From positions 1 through 24,200 of IMG/VR virus record IMGVR_UViG_3300043395_000857: a stretch of DNA of 24,200 bases; one strand, 5' to 3'. Of the stretch, positions 5,751-14,200 are shown in pieces (the first letter of the stretch is position 1; each line of letters begins with the position of its first letter). The notes beneath the pieces are model-generated. The model was not told where the DNA came from and did no database searches. It saw only the letters and a list, made by a program, of their open reading frames with translations. Position numbers and translations under genes: made by a program. This stretch comes from a virus (lineage: Duplodnaviria; Caudoviricetes).

Positions 5751-5820
5751 GTAACACTCAACTCCTGTCGAATGAGTATAAACTAGGCACACACAGTTCA
5801 CAACACTTTTCTTCGTTATT

Positions 5821-5961
5821 ATGTCTAAGTCCGTGATGCTCTCCCTGCTTGCTCAAGGTAACAACGGCAACGAGATTCTGCAGATCCTCGATACTCTCAT
5901 CGAAGACAATCAGCAGGCAGTTGCTTACTCTCAACCGACTGCAGATGTGATCGAGTTCTGA
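5821..5961 (+). CDS. small hypothetical protein (46 aa, MSKSVMLSLLAQGNNGNEILQILDTL...)
   Basis: Translated by hand; C-ending codon bias like its neighbours. Confidence 0.75.
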   Translation: MSKSVMLSLLAQGNNGNEILQILDTLIEDNQQAVAYSQPTADVIEF

Positions 5962-5984
5962 TAACTTAGAGGGGTGCTCAGTGG

Positions 5985-6013
5985 TTGACACTTGGTGCCC
6001 CTTATGTTAGACT
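5985..6013 (+). promoter_or_regulatory. sigma70-type promoter TTGACA-N17-TAGACT embedded in a stem-loop
   Basis: -35 at 5985-5990, TG-n-TAGACT at 6008-6013; hairpin AGGGGTGC…GTGCCCCT at 5970-6002. Confidence 0.7.
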
Positions 6014-6169
6014 CTTATTCGTTATGCGTATTGGCAGTTATTGTGCCGTTGCGGTTATGTGCCCTGCGGGCGTAACGGGGGGTATATAAAAATTGGGTCC
6101 TTCCTAACCTACAGAGGTGACAATTCGACCTCGATATATCACAAGAACAAAAAATTCCCGGAGTAAAAA

Positions 6170-6280
6170 ATGTTCACCAGATGGATTCATAAGAACGGAA
6201 AGTCCTCCCCCGATAAAAGATGTAAGTCTTATAAAAGTCAAGCAAAGAAAAATGGTGCGAACAAGAGGAAGAAGAAATAG
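6170..6280 (+). CDS. small highly basic peptide (36 aa, MFTRWIHKNGKSSPDKRCKSYKSQAKKNGANKRKKK)
   Basis: Translated by hand; GGAG at 6160-6163 before ATG 6170. Confidence 0.5.
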   Translation: MFTRWIHKNGKSSPDKRCKSYKSQAKKNGANKRKKK

Positions 6281-6407
6281 ACCCTATTGGAACTTCTGGA
6301 AGGTTGTCTTTGCGGGATGGTTAATAAGGTATCCACGGCAGTGCTTTACGATCTTCGGAGGCACTGTCGGTTTTTTGTTTGTGTTGATATATAATGCTGT
6401 GAGGTAA
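6252..6407 (+). CDS. small membrane protein (51 aa, ...PYWNFWKVVFAGWLIRYP...)
   Basis: In-frame ATG 6252 in track ORF 6117-6407; hydrophobic C-terminal segment. Confidence 0.65.
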   Translation: MVRTRGRRNRPYWNFWKVVFAGWLIRYPRQCFTIFGGTVGFLFVLIYNAVR

Positions 6408-6428
6408 AAAAATCCCGGAAAAAATTTT

Positions 6429-6767
6429 ATGACCACAGAGTTGCGCCCATGGGGGTTATTTGAGAACTTACTGGAAGAGATTGATTATAAGGTGAAGAGA
6501 ATTATTATTTCACCAAATCAATCAATATCTCTCCAATATCATTTCCATAGGGAAGAGTATTGGATAGTTGTTGAGGGTAGTGGAGAATTGACTCATGAGG
6601 ACACTGTAAGGACCGTAGAGGTGGGTGATAGTGTCTTTATTGGTAAGGAGGAGGTTCATCGTCTTAAAGCAGGTAGAAACGGCATTACGGTGATTGAGAC
6701 ACAATTAGGAATATGTGAGGAGGATGATATTGTCAGGTTAGAGGATCATTATGGGAGGATAGAATAA
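6429..6767 (+). CDS. cupin-domain protein, mannose-6-phosphate isomerase type II / ManC C-terminal-like
   Basis: RPWG...KVKRI.I.P...SLQYHFHREEYW.VV.G.G...HRL...IETQLG...EDDIVRLED.YGR matches the ManC C-terminal cupin pattern. Confidence 0.9.
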   Translation: MTTELRPWGLFENLLEEIDYKVKRIIISPNQSISLQYHFHREEYWIVVEGSGELTHEDTVRTVEVGDSVFIGKEEVHRLKAGRNGITVIETQLGICEEDDIVRLEDHYGRIE

Positions 6768-6958
6768 TGGAAAAGATTTATCACATATACGCAAAGGACC
6801 GTTGTTTATTTCATTCAATTCGAGAGGATGAGTTTGAAGTCACTTGGAAGACTTTGAGAAACATGGTGGGTTTGATGCATACAGATTATGAAGTTGATGA
6901 TTTATCTTATGAGGAACTTATGGTGAACCGGAAAGTCTCGTTGGATAGTTCCTATTGA
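6767..6958 (+). CDS. small conserved-looking cyanophage hypothetical protein (63 aa)
   Basis: ORF track; TAATG overlap. Confidence 0.8.
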   Translation: MEKIYHIYAKDRCLFHSIREDEFEVTWKTLRNMVGLMHTDYEVDDLSYEELMVNRKVSLDSSY

Positions 6959-6984
6959 CAAGAGCATATATAGACTGTTAAAAT
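6955..6984 (+). promoter_or_regulatory. sigma70-type promoter TTGACA-N18-TAAAAT (extended -10)
   Basis: -35 at 6955-6960, TG-T-TAAAAT at 6976-6984, 23 nt before ATG 7008. Confidence 0.65.
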
Positions 6985-7007
6985 TGATCTGAAGGTTATT
7001 TTTTCTT

Positions 7008-7775
7008 ATGGCAAAAGGATTTACTTTGAAGGCTAATGCACCGAAACCCAAGGAAGCAGAGTGGGATTACGATGCGATTAAGGAACGAATGAAGGGCAAA
7101 TCGATTGTCTTTTGTCTTCCTGGTCGTGGGTGCTCATTTACATTTCTGAAGGCATTTGTACAACTTTGTTTTGATCTGGTGCAAAACAACATGAGTATTC
7201 AGATCTCTCAAGACTACTCATCGATGGTTAACTTTGCTCGTTGTAAAGTACTTGGAGCAAATGTTCTGCGTGGTCCCAAGCAGATTCCTTGGGATGGTAA
7301 ACTGACTTACGATTATCAACTGTGGATTGATAGTGATATTGTATTCAATACTGAAAAGTTCTGGCAACTGTGTGATCTTGCACTGTCTGAAGATGGTGAA
7401 GAGAAAGAGATTGTAGCAGGATGGTATGCAACTGAGGATGGTCATACGACTTCTGTTGCTCACTGGTTGGAAGAAGATGACTTCCGTAAGAATGGTGGAG
7501 TCATGAATCATGAGAACGTAGAAGGTATTTCAAAGCGTCGTAAACCCTTTACTGTTGATTATACTGGTTTTGGTTGGGTTCTGATTAAGAAGGGTGTATT
7601 TGAGAATCTTGAGTATCCCTGGTTTGCTCCTAAGATGCAAGTCTTTGAATCTGGTGCAGTTCAAGATATGTGTGGTGAAGATGTTTCATTCTGTCTTGAT
7701 GCGAAAGAAGCAGGATTTGATATCTGGTGTGATCCTCGTATTCGTGTAGGACATGAAAAAACTCGTGTAATCTAA
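7008..7775 (+). CDS. glycosyltransferase-like protein (GT-A fold)
   Basis: WIDSD (DXD), TGFGWVLI, GEDVSFC and RVGH motifs typical of GT-A enzymes. Confidence 0.8.
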   Translation: MAKGFTLKANAPKPKEAEWDYDAIKERMKGKSIVFCLPGRGCSFTFLKAFVQLCFDLVQNNMSIQISQDYSSMVNFARCKVLGANVLRGPKQIPWDGKLTYDYQLWIDSDIVFNTEKFWQLCDLALSEDGEEKEIVAGWYATEDGHTTSVAHWLEEDDFRKNGGVMNHENVEGISKRRKPFTVDYTGFGWVLIKKGVFENLEYPWFAPKMQVFESGAVQDMCGEDVSFCLDAKEAGFDIWCDPRIRVGHEKTRVI

Positions 7776-7921
7776 TGGCATTTAATATCTTATACAAAGG
7801 ACGTAAGATATATCAGGATCTCAGTTATGAAGAATGCACTGAGATCCTTGACGAACTTTCCTCTAAGTATTATACTGAAGAGGACTTTGATATTGAACAA
7901 CTCGAACTGGAGGAAATCTAA
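7775..7921 (+). CDS. small acidic hypothetical protein (48 aa, MAFNILYKGRKIYQDLSYEEC...)
   Basis: Translated by hand; TAATG overlaps at both ends. Confidence 0.8.
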   Translation: MAFNILYKGRKIYQDLSYEECTEILDELSSKYYTEEDFDIEQLELEEI

Positions 7922-8061
7922 TGGCTAAAGGTGGATCAAACAAAACTATTTTTGAACCAGGAGCACCAAAGAAGACACGTCAAGGACGTTCTGCCCGGAC
8001 CCTGCTCTCACCAACGTCTCGTAACGGTAGAAAGAAAAGGTATCGGGGACAAGGAAAATAA
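7921..8061 (+). CDS. small basic protein ending KKRYRGQGK (46 aa)
   Basis: Translated by hand; GGAGG SD; the YRGQG ending is recalled from T4-like cyanophage small proteins. Confidence 0.8.
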   Translation: MAKGGSNKTIFEPGAPKKTRQGRSARTLLSPTSRNGRKKRYRGQGK

Positions 8062-8067
8062 TTTATA

Positions 8068-8102
8068 GAGGGTGCTTAAATAGTAATAAGCACTCTTTTT
8101 TT
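8068..8102 (+). terminator. Rho-independent terminator
   Basis: AGGGTGCTTA-N8-TAAGCACTCT followed by a T tract. Confidence 0.8.
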
Positions 8103-8630
8103 ATGTTTACTGAAAAAGAACTTTATATCCTTAATTGGATAAAAGAAGTATCAAAAGTGAGAGAAGAACTGAATGGATTTGCGATTTGTCCATTTGCATC
8201 TCATTCAAAATATAAGATTGTGGAGTGCCCTGCTGAGGAAATTATACCGATTGAAGGATATCAGGTTATAATATACATCGTAGAAGACTACTTTGACTTA
8301 GATGCTGTTCAATTTTGGGTTAATTTTCATAACTCAAAGCACCCTGGATGGAAATTTTTTGAAGACTGTGGTTCATATGACACCTATATTAAGGGTATAA
8401 AGACAAATAACGGCAAATATAACTTAATTTTAGTTCAACCAACCGATAAGTTGCGAAAATTTAGAGAAAATCTTGCTAGAACCACATACTATGACATGTG
8501 GGACGATGATTATTTGCAAGAAATACTCGAAAATGACTATGATATTCTTGAAAAACGGGATAGCAACCCCGTAAAAAGTTCTGATTTAACAGATCAGGAG
8601 AGCAAAAATGGGGAAACCAGCAGATCGTGA
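8103..8630 (+). CDS. hypothetical protein with WI...LNGFAICPFA motif (possibly DUF1415-like)
   Basis: ORF track; CPFA motif similarity is recall only. Confidence 0.7.
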   Translation: MFTEKELYILNWIKEVSKVREELNGFAICPFASHSKYKIVECPAEEIIPIEGYQVIIYIVEDYFDLDAVQFWVNFHNSKHPGWKFFEDCGSYDTYIKGIKTNNGKYNLILVQPTDKLRKFRENLARTTYYDMWDDDYLQEILENDYDILEKRDSNPVKSSDLTDQESKNGETSRS

Positions 8631-8865
8631 CAAAAATTACATGTATGAACTGTGGGGAACCACGCATTTAACCTCAGATTATGGTGTTCTTGACAATATT
8701 CAAGAGAAAAAAATGCTGAGAGAGATCAGTAATGATGATTTAACTCCAAAAAAACATGATTTTTTCCATCAAAATGAAATTCATCAAAAAATTCGTAATG
8801 ATGAGGACTATGATGACTGGGAATATGGCACTGAACCTCTTTATGAATTCAAAAAACCCGAATAA
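8608..8865 (+). CDS. hypothetical protein (85 aa)
   Basis: ORF track; AGGAG SD at 8596-8600. Confidence 0.8.
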   Translation: MGKPADRDKNYMYELWGTTHLTSDYGVLDNIQEKKMLREISNDDLTPKKHDFFHQNEIHQKIRNDEDYDDWEYGTEPLYEFKKPE

Positions 8866-8868
8866 ATA
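8861..8868 (+). promoter_or_regulatory. T4-type late promoter (AATAAATA; consensus TATAAATA)
   Basis: 7/8 match, 21 nt upstream of the gp25 start. Confidence 0.65.
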
Positions 8869-8889
8869 AGATAGATTTATAATATTTTC

Positions 8890-9291
8890 ATGCCTGTAGA
8901 ACGGCTAAGTAGAGGTTTCAAAGATATTAGTATGTCATTTCAGGTCAATCCCCTGAATAATGACTTGATTTCTATTAAGAATGAAACTGCTATTGCTCGT
9001 TCAGTCAGAAATCTCATCTTTACACTTCCAGGAGAAAGATTTTTTAACGAAAATCTTGGTTCTAGAGTGTCTCAAACACTTTTTGAGAATATGGATGAGA
9101 TTTCTGCCTCTGTTATTAAGGATGAAATTACCAATACCATCAATAACTACGAACCAAGAGTTGATTTGATCTCTGTTGATGTATCTCCAAATTATGATAA
9201 TAATGAATTTAACGTAACTATTAATTATTACATTGTTGGAATTGATGTATTACCCCAACAATTATCATTTGCATTACAGCCAACACGATAA
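8890..9291 (+). CDS. gp25: baseplate wedge subunit gp25
   Basis: FKDISMSF..NP...D..., GERFF...LGS and NYEPRV motifs; located directly before gp6. Confidence 0.93.
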   Translation: MPVERLSRGFKDISMSFQVNPLNNDLISIKNETAIARSVRNLIFTLPGERFFNENLGSRVSQTLFENMDEISASVIKDEITNTINNYEPRVDLISVDVSPNYDNNEFNVTINYYIVGIDVLPQQLSFALQPTR

Positions 9292-11201
9292 TGGCATTAG
9301 TAAACTTCACTAACCTAGACTTCGATCAGATAAAAACTTCGATTAAGGATTACCTTAGATCGAATTCAAATTTTACTGACTATGATTTCGAAGGATCAAC
9401 TTTATCAACGTTGATAGATGTTTTAGCATATAATACCTATATTACTTCATATAATGCTAATATGATTAGCAATGAGGTGTTCATTGACAGTGCAACTTTA
9501 AGAGAGAATGTTGTTTCTCTTGCAAGAAATATTGGATATGTTCCAAGATCAAAAACATCAGCAAGAGCAAACATCTCTTTCTTTGTTGATACAACAGGAT
9601 TTACGACAAGACCATTAACTCTTACCCTTAAAAAAGGAACTGTTTGTACATCATCAAGTTCTTTTGGTAATCAAAGTTATACCTTTACTGTTCCCGAGGA
9701 CGTTACTCGTCCAGTTATAAATGGAATAGCACTTTTTGAGAATATTTCTGTTTATGAGGGAACCTTCTTAGTAAAAACTTTTACAGTTGATTCAAATAAC
9801 CCTAATCAAAAGTTTATTTTAGATAACTCCGACATTGATACTCAATCAATCTCTGTTCTCGTTAGAAACACTCAATCAAGCACAGTAACTCGTAAGTTTA
9901 CATTATCCTCTAGTTTACTTGATGTAGATTCTACTTCTAAAGTATTTTTTATTCAAGAGATCGAAGATCAAAGATACGAACTCATTTTTGGTGATGGTGT
10001 ATTTGGAGTTAAACTTGATAATCAAAATTATATCGAAGTTTCTTATGTAACAACTACAGGTGAAGTCGCAAATGGTGTTTCATCCTTTACCTTTAATGGA
10101 AGAATTATTGATAATAATAACAGAGTAGTTACAACTGGAATTTCCTTATTAACTACTAACACACAGTCTAGAGGTGGACAAGATATAGAATCTGTAGATT
10201 CTATCAAGAAATATGCTCCGAGAATATACGCCTCTCAGAATAGAGCTGTAACGGCAACAGACTATGAAACTATAATCCCAACAATATATCCAGAGACAGA
10301 ATCCGTTTCCGTTTTTGGTGGTGAAGATTTAAATCCTCCAAGATTTGGAAAGGTTTACATTTCCATTAAACCAATAAATGGAACATTTGTTTCTAGTCAA
10401 GTAAAAGAAAATATTCGTAACAGTTTAAGAAAATATAGTGTTGCTGGAATAGTTCCAGAAATTTTAGATCTTAAGTATCTTTATGTCGAATTCAATTCCG
10501 CAGTTTATTATAACTCAAACGAAGCTCCTAGTGCAGACTATTTGCAGACTATAGTATCAAACAATATAAACCTTTATGCAAATTCTTCTGAACTGAATAA
10601 GTACGGGGCAAGGTTTAAGTATAGTAAGTTTCTGAAATTGATTGACGATAGTAATAGTGCTATCACTTCAAACATAACAAAAATCATTATGAGAAGGGAC
10701 ATGAGACCCGCATTGAATCAATTTGCTGACTATGAGATATGTTATGGAAATGCGTTTCATGTCAGTAAAATGAGTGGATATAATATTAAGTCTTCTGGAT
10801 TTACTATTAGTTCAGTGAATGGAACAGTTTATATGTCAGATATTCCAAATTCTGATGGAAAAACAGGATCTATATTTTTCTTCACTATAACTTCAACAAA
10901 TACTCCCACAGTCGTGAGAAACAATGTTGGTAGAATTGATTATGAAAGAGGTGAAATTATATTAAACCCAGTCAACATTACTTCAACTTCTAAAAATATT
11001 GGAGGAGAATCTATTATTCAAATTTCAGTGTCACCAAGATCAAATGATGTCATTGGATTACAGGATTTATATTTACAATTAGACGCATCTTCTAGTGTGT
11101 TAAATATGGTATCAGATGAAATATCTTCAGGTTCTGATATCTCTGGATCAACATATACGGTAACTTCAAGTTATTCCAACGGAGACCTCGTAAGAATATA
11201 A
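9291..11201 (+). CDS. gp6: baseplate wedge subunit gp6
   Basis: LDFDQIK...FTDYDFEGS.LS.LIDVLAYNT, FGDGVFG and QNRAVTATDY motifs; 636 aa. Confidence 0.95.
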   Translation: MALVNFTNLDFDQIKTSIKDYLRSNSNFTDYDFEGSTLSTLIDVLAYNTYITSYNANMISNEVFIDSATLRENVVSLARNIGYVPRSKTSARANISFFVDTTGFTTRPLTLTLKKGTVCTSSSSFGNQSYTFTVPEDVTRPVINGIALFENISVYEGTFLVKTFTVDSNNPNQKFILDNSDIDTQSISVLVRNTQSSTVTRKFTLSSSLLDVDSTSKVFFIQEIEDQRYELIFGDGVFGVKLDNQNYIEVSYVTTTGEVANGVSSFTFNGRIIDNNNRVVTTGISLLTTNTQSRGGQDIESVDSIKKYAPRIYASQNRAVTATDYETIIPTIYPETESVSVFGGEDLNPPRFGKVYISIKPINGTFVSSQVKENIRNSLRKYSVAGIVPEILDLKYLYVEFNSAVYYNSNEAPSADYLQTIVSNNINLYANSSELNKYGARFKYSKFLKLIDDSNSAITSNITKIIMRRDMRPALNQFADYEICYGNAFHVSKMSGYNIKSSGFTISSVNGTVYMSDIPNSDGKTGSIFFFTITSTNTPTVVRNNVGRIDYERGEIILNPVNITSTSKNIGGESIIQISVSPRSNDVIGLQDLYLQLDASSSVLNMVSDEISSGSDISGSTYTVTSSYSNGDLVRI

Positions 11202-11205
11202 CAAA

Positions 11206-14200
11206 ATGGCAGAAACAAGAATCAAAATTAGTTCAGTTGTTGAAAATCAACTTCCAGAGTTCGTAAAGGATGAATTTCCTTTAGTTTCAGAATTCTTAAA
11301 ACAATATTACTTGTCTCTGGAAAGTCAAGGATCTACATATGATTTAATTTCCAATTTAGATCAATATGTAAAAGTAGATAACTTATCTAATTTAATTGAT
11401 TCTACTACTCTTACATCCAAAGTATCTTTTTTCGATACGACTATCAATGTAAGTTCTACTGCTGGATTTCCTAATTCTTACGGTCTTCTTTTAATTGATT
11501 CTGAAGTAATAACATATACCAGAAAAACTGCAACCTCTTTTATTGGATGTATTAGGGGTTTTAGTGGGACAACATCTTTAGATAATTCATCAAATCCGGA
11601 CGAACTCGTTTTTACTGATTCTGCCGTACAGGAACATAGTTCGTCGGCGACTGTAAAAAACCTCAGTATTCTTTTCCTTCAAAAATTCTTTACAAAATTA
11701 AAAACTCAAGTAACTCCTGGATTTGAGGATAGAACACTTTTTAGTGGATTGAATGATGGTCTCTTTATCAAGCAAGCAGCAGACTTTTATTCATCTAAAG
11801 GAACTGAAGGTTCTTTTGAAATTTTATTCAGGGCTTTATATGGAAAAGACGTTACAGTTATAAGACCACAAGACTATCTAATTCAACCATCTGATGCTCA
11901 CTATAGAGTAACTAGAGATTTGGTTGTTGAAAATATTAATGGAAATATAAATCAACTTGTAAACAGGACTGTTTATCAGGACGAGAGTTCATTCTTAGCA
12001 AAAGCAAGAGGAACTGTAACTCAGGTAGAAAGAATTCAAAGGGCAAATAAAGATTATTATGTTCTTAGTTTAGACATTGGATATCAAAGAGATATTGATG
12101 TTGATGGTACTATTTTTGGAGAATTCTCTATTCATCCAAAAACTTTGTGTATTACATCTATCAAAGATGTAGATTCTAGTGTTGGTGGTTTTACACCAAG
12201 CTCAACTTCACTTGATGTTGACTCTACCGTAGGTTTTCCTCAGTCAGGAAAACTAATTGTAGATTTGGAAAATGGATCTCAGATTACAATAACATATACA
12301 GATAAAACTCTTACTCAGTTTTTGAATTGCTCAGGAATTACTCAAGAAATTCCAAGTGGAACTGAAATAAAATCAAATTTTTATGCTTATGGATATGATG
12401 ATTCTCAACAAATTGTAAAGTTTAGAGTAACGGGAGTATTATCAGACATTGAATTACAGAATCAGAACAGTTCGTTTTCTGCTGGTGATCCAATTAAAAT
12501 AAAAACTCTTGGTGATGAGATAGAAGAATATAAGTTCAATAATTGGTTCTTTAATGTATCAACTTCATACACAACCAAATCTGTTGAATTACTTGATTCT
12601 TCAAATAATTCTTACGCTTTAAATTTTTATGATGAGCATTCTTTTGTTATTGGTGATAGAGTCTCGATACTTCCATCTTTTGGTAGACCCGGTACTGAAG
12701 TTTTTGGAACTGTAATTTCCTATAGGAATAAGAGATCAATTACTGTTTCTGGTCAAGGATCTTTAAATTCTAATCAAGTTTATGATGTAACGAAGATTTT
12801 GTCTAGATTTGACTCTAGTAACTATCCTACTCTGAGTAAGTATACAACGAATGTACAAAATGTTTATGCTGATGATGAAAAATCTCTATATGTGGCATCT
12901 CCATCTTTACCCACCTATTTGAACCAAAAGGTAACAGTAAATGATAGGTCAGTAACATTTTCAGGAACCTTTAGTGGAAATAATTTAACCATTCAAAATC
13001 ATCCGTTTTACACTGGTGATGCTGTTTATTATAGATCTAATGGTACAGGAAATAATCTTGGAATACCTGATGGATTTTATTTTGTAAAAAAGATTAATAG
13101 TTCTACAATTCAATTATCCAAAAGTAGAGCAAATCTTTATGCAAATAAAATTGTTTCTGTATCAGGAACCGTATCTAACAATAAATTAGAATTTTCATCT
13201 TTTGTATCTGATAGCACTCTAAAAACAAAACAATTAGAACCTCAAAAACTGATTAGAAAGGTATCTACTCCAGTTGATGATGAAAATCAGTTTCAGACTT
13301 TGCCTGGTTCTACCGGTATTTTAGTAAATGGTGTAGAGTTACTCAATTATAAGTCAAGCAGTAACATTTTTTATGGACCAATTGAAGAAATTACCGTAAC
13401 TTCACCAGGATCTGGTTATGATATAATCAATCCACCTGTTTTACAAATTTCAGATGCTGTAGGATCTGGTGCAACTGCTTATTGTAATGTAAAAGGTAAT
13501 TTAGATAGAATTGATGTTGTAGATGGTGGATTTGATTATCTGGAAGAACCAAAGATTACAATTTCTGGAGGTAATGGATCTTTAGCAGAGGCAAAAGCTA
13601 ATTTAATATCTTTTGATCATTATGTAACATTTAATGCAAGTCCAACTTCAGGTGCTATCAATGCGACCACCGGACAAATTTCATTCATCAGTGATCATAA
13701 ATTTAGAGATTATGAGCAAGTTGTATATGATCCTCAAGGACAAAAAGTAGTTGGAGGATTGTCTACAAATTCGTCATATTTCGTGTCTGTAATCGACTCC
13801 ACGAGCATTAAACTCCACTCTACGTATTCGGATAGCATTCTTGGAGTAAACACGGTTTCAGTAGCAAATAATGGGATTGGAATTCAAAGATTTAAATCCT
13901 CGAATAAAAAAAGAAAAATAGGATCAATTACAGTAACCAACCCCGGATCTGGTTATGAAAATAAGAAAAGAACCTCTACAGTATCTGGAATTAATACAGC
14001 ATCAAATATTATCAATATCCAAAATCATGGATATCAAAATGCAGAAGTATTAACATATAATTTCACCGAGAGTTCCGTAGTAGGTTTATCATCGACTTCA
14101 ACATATTATGTGACTAAAGTTGATGATGATAATTTTAAATTATCTTTAGTGGGAACTTCCACAACTCAACCAATCAACATAAATTATGTAACTAAAAATT

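Noticed and set aside
522-8667. Minus-strand ORFs in the track (522-770, 830-1015, 1206-1394, 1859-2059, 2310-2519, 2879-3172, 4177-4365, 5758-5991, 6522-6704, 7218-7511, 8476-8667)
   Set aside because: All lie opposite better-supported, tightly packed plus-strand genes and show no recognisable motifs.
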